From Moniliella sp. 'wahieum' (taxonomy: Eukaryota): a stretch of 64,000 bases of DNA. Within the stretch, counting starts at the first letter, position 1. Each line of letters starts with the position of its first letter. The position numbers and the translations under genes were made by a program. The stretch is from contig RSEE01000020.1 of NCBI GenBank assembly GCA_003971905.1, forward strand, positions 310,001 through 374,000, given 5' to 3'. Shown here in pieces: positions 1 to 11,154 of the stretch. The notes under the pieces were generated by a model. That model saw only the letters and a list, made by a program, of their open reading frames with translations, ran no database searches and had not been told where the DNA came from.

Positions 1-741
1 TTATCCTCGGCATATAGTCCTCGGCCAAGGTACACTTATTGAATGCCAGTGTTCCTATGCATGCCTCGCTATTTCAATCGGTAGAATTTGAGACTCTTAA
101 AGAGTTGCCATCTCACGGTTGTGGGTTCGAGTCCCACGTGGGGCGTATTTTTATTCGCTGTCTATCGCACAACCTGTTGACTAAATTAAGCAGGATGAAG
201 CCTCCCCAGATTCAAACACCTTCCCTAATGACTTCTGCGGAGGTGAAGATCCGGATGGCGATGCACTGCATCAAGAAAACGGCAAACTGCTCCGACAACT
301 ACTAAAGCTAAGCGGTCCGGAGCCTCGGATGCTGCTCTCGGGCAGTCGACTTTGTCCGACATGATCTCTTCCCGTATTCCTTCCGGGCAAGATACACTAG
401 ATGACATTTGGAAGTGTTCCATGTCCGAGCCATTTGAGGAGGAGCTCAACGTGATCTGTGAGGTACGTTCCTGCGTCACTCGGCAGTTTTGCTCGTTTTG
501 CTCCTCGGGTTTACGTGTCTTTCAGGCCAATGTGACTCCGGCATCAAACCCAGAGCGGCTTCCCTTGCTCATCAACTCGCTTCGCGCTGGATCCGATTCA
601 CTGGTCTCTATAAGTACAGACAGTATTTATTTGAGAGTCACAGGGTGTGAAGCACCAGCACGCCCCGCAGCTGGCTTTTCCTGGGGCCAAGACCGACACA
701 CCTCCCGTTTACCACATGGACATTGTCATATGGACCTGTGA
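1..741 (+). CDS. RSA3: Ribosome assembly protein 3 (Rsa3)-like, 5' partial; introns ~30-193 and 463-525; frameshifted
   Basis: Spliced peptide DDIWKCSMSEPFEEELNVICE|ANVTPASNPERLPLLINSLRAGSD resembles the Rsa3 motif (F.++L+.+R....+P+LI.+L..G). GTACGT..TTCAG intron is in frame. Confidence 0.5.
63..145 (+). tRNA. tRNA-Lys(CTT) with 10-nt intron (100-109)
   Basis: Acceptor stem GCCTCGC/GTGGGGC, D-arm, anticodon stem TGAGA/TCTCA with loop CT-CTT-A, intron AAGAGTTGCC after position 37, T-arm GTGGG-TTCGAGT-CCCAC, followed by a T-run (pol III terminator). Confidence 0.95.
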
Positions 742-893
742 ATGGAGCGGCCTTGCTCGAATGCTATGTATGATGCATCCCTTCTTGCACACCCATTCCG
801 TGCCGTAGACCATATAACAGAACCATTAATAACGCTAATTCCACAACCACCCTTCGAATGTTGACATGGTAAAACAACACCAGCACAAAGTTG

Positions 894-2528
894 CTACTGA
901 TGAACCTGAGCGGGTGGAGGAACGGGAATATCGGTCTCCAGTCTGGCCCGAACAGGGGCCAGCTTGAATTTGAGTCCTTGTACTCCCCGGCGCTTGATCG
1001 TACCGAAAAACCCGCCTGGAATGGCCGTGCGGCAGACGGGGCACGCTCCCACCAGGGGGTCCAACTCGTGGGCAAAGAGGCGGACACCCGAATGCGAATG
1101 CGGGTCACGCCTCCGTTGCAGATCCGCCCTTTGGGTTTGAGCGGCAAGCAAAAAGTGATCAAACGTTTGGCTCGTGTCCGTCAGGGCCCATAGGCAAGCA
1201 GACAAATGGTCCAGCACTTGGTCTACCGAGGAGGTAGCGGCTGAGGCCGACTCTAGCACTTGAATTGCCTGTTGGGCCTGGGCAACCTCCAGAACCGCTT
1301 CGATCCCATGAGGGTGAAGGGTTAGATCCAGATCCGGCGCGGCTCCCGTATTGATGATGGGTTCATGAAGCGACAGACGAGCGCCAGCCATCTTGAGTGC
1401 CTGGGAAAGAGTTGTTGCAGAAGCGAGGCGATCATATATCTTGGCTAGCTCTGCGCTGGCGTCACGAAAACAGGCCTGTATCGGAGCCAGAGGTCCAGAA
1501 GAGATGCTACCATCCCTTTCGGGACTGGCAGCACTAGCTGGGTCGCGGTGGGGAGTTTGGCCAAGGCATCAACAATTGCCTCCTCAACGGGCCCAGGCAG
1601 GGGACGTGAAGCACAATAAAAGAAGCCAAATCAGACGGTGAGATCACAGTCAAGAAAATTGCTGTCTCTCGGGAAAAAGCGGAGAACAATGCACCGTCCA
1701 CGTCCTCCGTGCACGCTACTCGAGTTCGAGCAGCCACGTCAATGAGATGGCACATAAGACGAAACCAAGGCTGATATGCACGCTCTCCTGGGTGGTTTCG
1801 CGCACCGTCGATGAGAGTTGAAAGCGCTTGCTGAGTTGCCGAACGGATTGCATCGTCCAGGATGACAGCGACCTGACTTGGAGTCAGAGAGAACGAGATG
1901 CGGCTTTGGATTGGGGTGCTGGGCCCTCCTAGCTCTGCCCGAGACGCCGACTCGGGAACACCACGAGCCATGTTGCACAGCACTGCCAAGCGCTGTTCCC
2001 TCTGGCGCGTTCTTGATTGCGCAGAGCCCCCATCCTAACAACAGAAAAAGAGGCATTCCCCGCACATCAAGTGGCCGCATGGCGTAGCCACTGCATTTTG
2101 AGGGGCATCGAGGCAGATAGGGCAGACAAAAGCAGCAAATAGCTGTGTGGCCTTTTGCTTTCCTTCAGGAAAACTGGAAGATACCTCGCTTTTTGTAGAA
2201 GCGTGATGGCCAGCATCCACCGTACTCGACTTGGCCCTCTTCAGAGGGGGGCCTGCATCGTGGTCCACGCAAGTCGCCAGCGAAGAGGCATCCGAGGGAG
2301 AACGGGGACGGACTATGACCAACACCGGCGAACGCCTGTCGGTCTGATTCGAGGCTGGGGCAAAGATCAGAGGCTGGCTGGAGCATTTCCACGGCAGCAT
2401 TTTCTTTACCGACAAAATCAGAACCAGACGTTTCCACCCCCTGTCTTTCCCTCCGTGTCTGCGTCCTGGCCCAAACTGTGATCCTGCCGTTCGGGCAAGA
2501 GGTGCATTGAGACGACAGGTTGACTCAT
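894..2528 (-). CDS. C3HC4 RING-finger protein (Slx8/Rfp-like E3 ligase) with large insertion inside the RING; several indels; 5'UTR intron ~2538-2683
   Basis: CPIC-LDAPQNAVATP-CGHLMCGEC at 2053-2124. The last Cys pair DPLVGACPVCR..IPGG..GVQGLKFKL lies at ~960-1060. ORFs 1534-1989 and 894-1391 lie between them on the same strand. Confidence 0.75.
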
Positions 2529-4176
2529 TGCGAGAAACTGCGTGAAATGGATGCGAGTTAGCAGTAGGCTCGGATCGCAGGCAAGCAAGGGCGCAGGCAG
2601 TTGGGACGGTGCCCAACGCCCAAGTGAGGGAATGCGGGGTAGAGCTTATTAGAGCCTGAAGCGCAAAAAGCAGGAGACGTACCTGCGCACAGCTTGGGTC
2701 AGCAGCGACGATCGGATGGCGGAGACGAGGGGGCGGATGGCGATGAAGGCCGGCGGAGTAGACAGTCTGGGCGGAGGTGGTGGTTGGCGCCTAGGAGGAA
2801 ACAGGGGGCGATGGTGGCAAACAGAAAGAGATGGAGGCCGGCGACCTGGGCAAGGGTGGCACGAGTCACCAGTGACGAGAACGACGAGTGGCCTAGTGAC
2901 TGGTGTGCGTGACTTGTGGCTGCATTCTGACTCGGCAGGCGAGGGAGGCACGACGCCACTGGAGCGGAGTTGCGGCCTGGGTGAGTCCGATAGCCGGTGA
3001 CCGGTGAGTACGGCGCACTGAGTATACTACCTGTTGAATGTTGCAATTGATTTGAGGCCTCGGCCCCCTAAGCGCTTAGCGCGCTGAGCATACCGCAGCA
3101 ATGCATCATCGAAACAACAGCAGCCCCCCAACAGAGTGGGATCGATGATTGGTGACCAGTGATTAATGATTCATCCCAGTCAGTCAATATACCAACAGCG
3201 AACCCATCGAGCTGCTGCATTCAGCGCCGCGGGGAAGAGCATCCTGGCATGCCCGGCACCTGCCCTCTTGGTGGGTGAGGGGAAGAGGAGATGGGCAAGA
3301 GTCGAGATACGACCACAACAAATGCATATGGAGGACACATTTCTTCTCTCGGCGGCATCATAACAGCAGAGAAACCGCGGAGGATTCACATCTGAATGAC
3401 TGTGTTGTGCGCAGCCGAGAGTCAAGCAGATTGGCTTTTGGGTCTTCCTTCATATATTCGTCCAAGTGGTGATGGATGATGGTGCGAGAGGCATTGGGCT
3501 GACGGATCATAGATCCGGTCCGCATAATTCCCTCTATGATTGGGCGGGTGGGAACGCATTCAGTGCCTGGGTGTCTTCCAGTTTTGCTCAAAGTAGCAGA
3601 CGCCATGACGAGACGCAAAAGAAAAAAAAGCCATCCACTGGTCAGTGAGTCAGCATACGTGCGGCGCAGGGATAACGGTATGGCGGCGGTTGTACGAGTT
3701 TTGTCTAAAGTGACGCTCACTCCCTATGCTCCACCGCTCAGAAGATTGCGTTATATGGAGCCCAGATCTGGTTCGATGCATTGGTTCAAGCACAGCCAGT
3801 ATCTTCTCAATATCCACTCAGTCCAGCCAGATGAATTCATGCATCTGAACTTCATTTGTATCTGCTTGGGGCCCAAATGACAGTCTGTTTACATCAACTG
3901 CCGTGGCCACGCTGATTGGGTCTCTCTCTCGGAAGGGTGGAGGAGCAACTTCAAATTTATACCAAAGATCGCATGCCACAGGGTCATCGACAACGAAGCA
4001 AATCCACATTACAGTTCCAAACACGGCCAAGAAGGAACTTAGCCTTGGGGCCAAGAAAGGAATGCGAGCATAAAGTGCAGCAGTATTGCTGCTGCAGATA
4101 ATACGATATCATTCCTGGTAATAGCAGGATCAGGGTGGATGGGGAGATAACGGGAGTCACATGTTCTGGATAGGCA

Positions 4177-5463
4177 CTAGTGGGAAGCGGCGGTGTTGTG
4201 CAGCAGGTGTTTAATACCGTCGACAAGGGAGTGGTGCCCTGATGTGTCGGTACTGGTAGTGCTACGATGGGTGTCAGTGGGGGCGAGAGAATTAGACTTA
4301 GCACTTGCGTCGTCGCTCGTGGGTACATTTTTCCCGCTGGAGGAGTGGAGGGACGTCAAGGGCGTCAGTGGAGAATGGCGCGAGGTGGAAGAGGCAGCAG
4401 TGGATGCACTCGGGTTTCGCGCAGGATGTGAACCGTCCTCCTCATCGGAGGAGACAAGCTCATGACAGGTAGTGCTGCGGCTGGAACATAAGCTAGGGGG
4501 GGGCATGGTTGGGGCGCGAGTCTTGGGGCGCGCCTGGTAGTTGTCCTTGAGCCCAGCCGCAATATTGGGTCGGCGATGGGATGGGGATGATGGGGCGTCG
4601 GCATTATGCAGGATCCAAGGGTGCTCCAGGGCTTGCTTTGCCGTTAGACGCTTGTCGGCATCGATGTTCATAAGCTCGCGGATAAAGTCCATGCCTTCTT
4701 GAGAAATTTGAGACCAGTACTTGCCAGTAAATTGGACGGGACCTGCGAGCATCTCGTCAAGCAAGTCATCCGGCGCTTGGCTCCGGTATGGCATGTGGCC
4801 CGAAAGCATTACATACGCCACTGCACCGAGAGACCACATGTCAACCTCCTTGCCGTATGGTTTGCGGGCCACTACCTCCGGTGCAGCGTACCCCAAACTA
4901 CCAGCAAGTTCGCGCAGTTTCTCTCCGTCAGAGTTGAGGTGCTGGGCCACACCAAAGTCGACGAGGACAATTCGGGCTTCAGGGTCTTCATCAGGCGAGG
5001 TGAGGTACATGATGTTCTCGGGTTTGATGTCGCGGTGAACGAAACCATGAGAGTGGATGTACTCGAGGGCGTCGGCCACCGACTTGACTACATGGGCAGC
5101 CTCATGCTCGGTGAGGTGACCGGTGTGGAGCACGCGCTCAAAGACTTCGCCGCCGAGAGCAGGTTGAAAGACGAGGTAAAATTTGTCCTTGGACTCAAAA
5201 TTGTCGTAGAGACGCACAATGTTGGGATGGCTCAACTCCTTGACGACGGCTGTCTCGGATTCGACGAGGTGCAGGTTGCCGTTGAGAATGCGTTTGGGAA
5301 TGACTTTGATACAGACCTGCTTAGAAGGGGAAGGCACGGTCCACGTAGCGAGGCGGACAATGCCAAATGTGCCCTCGCCGAGGACGCGGCCAACTCTGTA
5401 GTCCTTGCGACGGACGTAGGAGGGCGGGTGTTTGGCGAGCGGGTTGGAGAGATGAACGTGCAT
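4177..5463 (-). CDS. CMK1: Calcium/calmodulin-dependent protein kinase (CaMK1/Cmk1-like)
   Basis: Complete kinase domain: GEGTFG, VCIK, HRDIKPEN, DFG, GSLGYAAPE, DMWSLG. ATG at 5463 in CCACCATG context. Confidence 0.92.
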   Translation of the reverse strand: MHVHLSNPLAKHPPSYVRRKDYRVGRVLGEGTFGIVRLATWTVPSPSKQVCIKVIPKRILNGNLHLVESETAVVKELSHPNIVRLYDNFESKDKFYLVFQPALGGEVFERVLHTGHLTEHEAAHVVKSVADALEYIHSHGFVHRDIKPENIMYLTSPDEDPEARIVLVDFGVAQHLNSDGEKLRELAGSLGYAAPEVVARKPYGKEVDMWSLGAVAYVMLSGHMPYRSQAPDDLLDEMLAGPVQFTGKYWSQISQEGMDFIRELMNIDADKRLTAKQALEHPWILHNADAPSSPSHRRPNIAAGLKDNYQARPKTRAPTMPPPSLCSSRSTTCHELVSSDEEDGSHPARNPSASTAASSTSRHSPLTPLTSLHSSSGKNVPTSDDASAKSNSLAPTDTHRSTTSTDTSGHHSLVDGIKHLLHNTAASH

Positions 5464-6887
5464 GGTGGGAGGGGTCGGTAAGGTAGCGGGAGGATGGGTG
5501 CAAGGGTATACGGGCGCTTGGCAACCAAGGCGAGCCAGGTGGTTCGACTGAGATTGACGTAGCGGCTGCACACTGACTCCCCGCGGTTCTGCAGGGGATT
5601 AAAGGGGGTTCGCAACGACACGGCCTATAACGTCAGCAATGCACAGGCCTGGTGCCTGACCCCGGCTTGTAGTGATCAATCGCAGTCGGCTCATCTGCAG
5701 CCTGATGCTCAGGACCAGCTCTAAAAACAAACTCGATCTAACGTCCAATTCAAGTTCAACGTTCTAGACGTCCAAGACGTACGTGAGTGCGTCCAAGCTA
5801 CTGCTTCAAAGCTTCATGAGCGTAGTGAAACTAGTGAAACGAATTCCCCAATAAGAATGCCTCCCGCACTAGTCATTGTCTCTCCATCTCGGCTCCGCGC
5901 TCCCACCAACTCCCAGCCTCAGCTCCCAACCCCACAGCTCTCCTAGTCGCAAACAGAGCAAGGTGCACGTTCGCTATTAGGTAATCGCGGGGTCCGCGGC
6001 CCCACGCCCCCGCTCCCGCGGGGTTTGATCTAATCCCCACACGATTCGGGTGTGCGATGGATGACACATACCACTGGGTGATTGATTTGTTGTTGAAACG
6101 TTCAACGATCACTAGTGCCAATCAGTGCCAGCCTGTGCCGGCTCAGCCGGCCGGCAACGTCGGCGGCACGCACCGCGTCGCCTGGGTGGCCTCCATAGAG
6201 AGACTGGGTAAGTGCCAGATCGCCCACCCAGCCATTTGCACTGCCGCTGTGCTGGCTGGCATGCATTTCCGCTGTCGCCTCGTCGAGAGTGGATTGATGC
6301 GGGGTGGGCGGGATCGGCGCAGGGTAAGTGTCCTCGGCCGCCGATCAATGTGGCATTGTCTGCCGGCAAACACGGGCCGTGTGCGGGGGTGGGCGCTCGA
6401 GATTGCGAAACTGGCAGCGTGGGGTGGGTGGCTGCAGTGTGTGCCGGTGCTGAGACGCACGCAGCGCTCAGGCGCCCACACACTGCTAGGTACTAGCGGC
6501 GCATTGTCAGCACTGCCACTCGTGCTGAGCGCGCTGATTCCGATTAGGCTGTCGTGTAGCTTTGGCTCGGCAGCTGGGACCTGCTGGGACAGGCAGGGCA
6601 GCGCAGGGCAGCACAGCACAGCGCAGCACAGGCCAGCCGGCAGGGCCATCTGAGCTTCTCCACGCTCCTCCCGGCCGCTTGCAATGCACCACGGCAGCAG
6701 CACCGGCATTTGTGTCGGTCGTGCGCATGCATCAGGCACGCATCAGCACGATCGCATACTACTGCAGAAGACAGAACCCCCAACCGCAACACCGCAACCA
6801 CCACCACCTCCCTTCTCACCCTCACCCCCCCCCCCCACACACGTTCTCTGCTCCCCTCCCCACACACCGCTCTTTCAGCCTCTAGCG

Positions 6888-8693
6888 ATGCTCTTCCGTC
6901 GCTCTCACCAGGACGATCGTGCCCGGGCCCGCCGCTCGTGCTTTGCGCTGCTCGCCCCGCTCGCTGCTCTTGCTTTGGTCACAGCCGCCGCCGCTCAGGC
7001 TGCGGCCCCCCTCTCTCCGTTAGTTGTGCGCGACCCGGCTGCAGAGCACGCCGCTCAGGCTCATGCGCATGATCGTCGCCGTGCCCGCCTTTCACCATCT
7101 ACCCCCGCGCGTTGTCCGTGGGCCCCGCTCTCCCTCCGACGCTTTCAATGATGCTGACGAATTGGCGCGTCGCGATGCTTCTACTCTCATGTCTGGAGGG
7201 AACAACCCCGAAGGGGAGCTGCATACTCCGCTCACTGTTCCCAAGGGCGCCAGTCTCACGACCCTACCCGTCTTGGGTTCGAACCAAAACCAGATTGTCG
7301 TCTACTGGTCCCAACGGTCCAACAACCAGCTTGCTGAGCAAGCCTTTGTCATGATTCATGGTCGTATCCGGAATGGAAATGACTATTGGAAGACCATGGA
7401 GAGAGCCCTCGTTACGGCTGTCAAGGACAAATTCCCCGGCGCTAGCAGCAACTCGATTGTTACCGCCCCTGAATTCTTCTCAACCAAATACAACTCGGGC
7501 CAGTACAACTCCACCGAACTGGGTTGGGGTGACGTAAATGCGTGGCAAGCCGGAGAGATTGCGACCCACCCTGCGGGGACAAAGGCATCAGCGTTTGATG
7601 TCCTGGATGCGTTTGTCACCGAGTTTAGCAACAAGGCCAAGTACCCCAACCTCAAAAATATCACCCTCGTCGGCCATGGCGGCGGAGGACAATTGATGCA
7701 ACGCTATGCCGTTGTTGGTCGCGACCCTCCCTCCGGTGTGCACGTACGCTACATCTATGGTGATCCTTCGAGCTGCGTTTACTTTACCAAGAACCGACCA
7801 CAAGTTGATCCTTCCATTGCAGCCAAATCGAGCTGCCCCATGTACAACACATGGCGATATGGGTTTGACAACTTCACCGATGTTATGCCCACAGGTGGCA
7901 TGGCGCCTATTGATTACTTTGCTCGCTATGTCAAGCGGGATGTGGTTTCCATGATTGGGTATCAAGATGTTGACAACTCGGGCGACCAATATTGCATGGC
8001 TAAACTTCAGGGGGGTGATAAGCGGCGGGACCGCAACTTGGCTTACTGGAAGTATATCAACACCCTTGCCCGGACCAACTTTGACCTTACTGGCTTCAAC
8101 GCCACATACTCCAAACTTCCTGACTGGAGTAATGTGACCGGACACTCGATCGCACATCGTCTCATTGTCATTGAACAAGCTGATCACGACGCCAATTTGG
8201 TCTTTGGTTCGAGCGAAGGCCGAGCTGCTCTCTTTTCTTCGGGTGATCTCCCCACGGGGTGGCGCCCAGCCGGGTGGAATGCAGCTGGGACTGGAAGATA
8301 CCAGGTGGCTTCCCTGGCGCTGCTGCGCCACCTTCCCCTGTGGCCGGCACCACATCTGCTCCGCTCCCTGCGTCTTCCGCGCCTGCCCCCCCTCCTGCCG
8401 CCCCCTCCGCCCCCGGAGCTTCATCAGCTGCCTCGTTGGCTCCGGCGGCACCGCCCTCCCACCCCACCCAGTCTATCTCGGCATTTTCCTCTACGTTAGC
8501 CCCCAACTCGAGCTCAGATGAAGACGATGGGGATGTGGGTAGCTCTGTCGATGATGATGCCTCGTCCGGGTCGGGATCCAAGACGGCTGGGGCACATCAT
8601 CAATCCAATGCAAACCACACCTCGGGCTCAGCGGTGATCCGCGTCCCCGTCAGTCTTTTTGCTCTGGTATTGCTGAGCGTTGGCCTGCTTTGA
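6888..8693 (+). CDS. Secreted alpha/beta-hydrolase-fold protein with S/P-rich stalk and C-terminal GPI/TM anchor; frameshifts ~7090 and ~8300
   Basis: Hydrophobic N-terminal segment, FVMIHG..RN, SAFDVLD, ITLVGHGGGGQLMQRYA elbow, WRYG, A..QG..RR.R, hydrophobic C-terminus VPVSLFALVLLSVGLL. Confidence 0.8.
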
Positions 8694-9616
8694 TTGTCGC
8701 AAGGTGTACCCCTCCTCGTCGCACTGTCACCACCAGTTGTCACGGACCTTCCCCCCTCGCGTTTCAGGTTTTTCAGGCTCAATCCCGTCACATGGTAGGG
8801 CACCCTCTCGTGTGTAACATTTTCTTTCCAACGTTGGCCAGCGGCTGGGTCCGTCTCTCGTCCAATGATCAGAATCGTATTCATTTCCCCAGGTTACAAA
8901 TCAACTGAGCTGGAGGGAGACCAGTAGAAGTAACAGGGGTACTTTAGGCAGTGCCTCATCAGGAATATGTTTCTCTTTTTCGGTTCTGTGTTATCATCCT
9001 GCACTAATCTCTTCTCTTGTGGGGTGAAGCGGTGATATCCACCACACCCCTATACCCTTCTTCGACAACGCCTTGCATGGTATCAACGGCATGGAAGGGC
9101 TCGGAGCGCGGTCACGGCAAGATGGAGAACAGCTCTACGTCCATGAGGTGTGATGCAGCCAAGCGTTACTGTGGTTGCTCACGGTGGCATAGCAAACGCA
9201 GCAGCACTGCTATACGTATTGGCTCTCTATGGGGAGATGCCCGCTCACGGAGTGGTCTGCTAGTAGCGCCAGCAATGCACGCAAGCACCCTGCCCCTTCC
9301 ATCGAACAAAAGAGCCGTAAGCCGCAAGCCGCAAGCCGCTCGTTTATTATTGTCGGGTAACCGACCTCCAAAACATCTCGATGGCAACTCCCTTGCTATA
9401 AGTGCACCCTTCTCACCCCCATCCGTCAAGATGTGTGTGGTCATCCCGCAAGTCTCTGTGGATTAATGTGGTATAGTAATAAGGGTCCATGTAATTCGCC
9501 CGGGTTCTAAGTATCATAGGCCTGAGCGCTTCCATGGGGGAACACGAAAGCTTCAAACGAACATCAAGACAGGAACTAAGCTGAAGAGAATGGAACGAAC
9601 TCGCATCCGATCTGTT

Positions 9617-10486
9617 TCAGATGCCAGGGAACAAGAGCGCAAAGCGAGCCTGAAAAGCAGCCAATTCGGCACGGACGCACGCCAACTCGGATGCCATGGC
9701 CTCGTTGCTGGCTTGCAGCCGTGCGTTGTCCTCCTTCAACTTGGCCAGCTCCTCCGCCCTTCGTTTCCGCGAATGGCGAGCCGAGATGGTGTTCCTATGT
9801 CGCTTGGACAGAAGGGTCTCCACCTCCGGATCTGAAGGGGAGAGTGGAACCCCACTTGCCCCATTCGCCTCATTGGCTAGACCCAAGTCCCGACAAGACG
9901 TCCGGGTCTTGCCAAAGTAGGTGCGCTTCTGGATTGGCGCATCAACTGGCAAAAGCTCATAGGCCTCACGAGTCCGACGCCTTCGTTTTTCCCTCCGCAT
10001 GACGGGCACAGCCGTGGGAGAAATCGAAGTCCACTCGCTCCCTGTGATGGGCACTACCCCCACCTGTGATGGAGGGACAACAGGAACAAGTGATGTCCAG
10101 AGCTCAGTGGGGCCCGTCACCAAAGGCGGTGCCGGGTCAAACGGAGCACTGAGCGTCGGGGGCGCCGCGAGGGGACCGTTCACTGCGAAAGGGCGGGGGG
10201 GAGGAAGACTGCCGTCTGATACGGGCGCAACGGCAACGTCCACAAGGTTCAAAGCCGCTGGAGCGTCTGCAACCTTAGGGCTTGGATCAAAAGAAAAGTC
10301 GGACAAACCAAGAAAAAAGTCCTCCGCGTCAACCGTCGTAGCATACCCAGCACCTTCATTCTCACGAATGGGACAGGTATATTGGGAGGGAACGGCGGAA
10401 GAAGGAGGGATCGGAATGAGGTCAGGAATCGGTAACGCCGGAAGCATAACCGAGTTCAGTAGCTCATCAAGTTCGGTAATAGACAT
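9617..10486 (-). CDS. GCN4: Gcn4/CpcA-like bZIP transcription factor (cross-pathway control); possible N-terminal extension upstream
   Basis: C-terminal basic region KRHRNTISARHSRKRR plus zipper, preceded by LLPVDAPIQKRTY...TSCR, a motif typical of basidiomycete Gcn4. Acidic/hydrophobic activation patches and uORFs in the leader. Confidence 0.8.
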   Translation of the reverse strand: MSITELDELLNSVMLPALPIPDLIPIPPSSAVPSQYTCPIRENEGAGYATTVDAEDFFLGLSDFSFDPSPKVADAPAALNLVDVAVAPVSDGSLPPPRPFAVNGPLAAPPTLSAPFDPAPPLVTGPTELWTSLVPVVPPSQVGVVPITGSEWTSISPTAVPVMRREKRRRRTREAYELLPVDAPIQKRTYFGKTRTSCRDLGLANEANGASGVPLSPSDPEVETLLSKRHRNTISARHSRKRRAEELAKLKEDNARLQASNEAMASELACVRAELAAFQARFALLFPGI

Positions 10487-11130
10487 GTTTGGGGAGGAGA
10501 GTTTGGTGGGTTGTGTGGAAGATAGTAGAGAAGACAAGGACAGCGTCTTCGGTGACTGATCCAATGAATCGAATGAAAGCAAAGGAGCCAGTAGAGTGGT
10601 GGGAAAAGGTGCGATCTGGTGCACGGTGTATGGTGTGCGGATAAAGAAGACAAGGGTAGCGTCTTCCGTGACGGTTCCGATGATCCCACGACGGATGCAT
10701 CAGAGAAAAATGAGTAGTGCAACGTTGGAAAGGAACGTGCGCTTGAGTGTAAAGTATACTGGTATTTGAACGTTGGGGACGTTACAATACCTCGAATGGA
10801 TGCGTACGAGAACGGGATAATGGGCTTCTCTAGTCATCGAGGACTGTTGTGGTTCGGAGCAAAGAAGTTGCTTGAGTTCCAATAACGTCGGTACCAAAGA
10901 ATGGGCGGAATCGTTGCCCGTGATGAGCCGGACAGACTGGATGGAGGACCCAGCAGTGGTAAGCATGCCGAATGAGGCTGTTGGGCAAACGAAGAGGAGT
11001 AAAAGAGAGGGTTCCATGAACGGGAGACCAGCAGAGTCTCTCAGGAAGAGAAGAGACCCACAAGGGGGCGACCCGACACATGTGGCCAGGATGTATAGAT
11101 CTTACTGTGGAGACAACCATGATGGAGCTG

Positions 11131-11154
11131 TCACCAATCAGCGAAGAAAATCAT
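11131..11154 (-). promoter_or_regulatory. uORF1 (MIFFADW*) in GCN4 5' leader
   Basis: ATG ATT TTC TTC GCT GAT TGG TGA, followed 10 nt later by a second upstream ATG at 11120. Confidence 0.6.

Noticed and set aside
3180..4054. Possible small minus-strand secreted gene (fragments 3818-4054 and 3358-3720, with intron-like signals)
   Set aside because: No consistent start or frame and no recognisable family, so I cannot support it.
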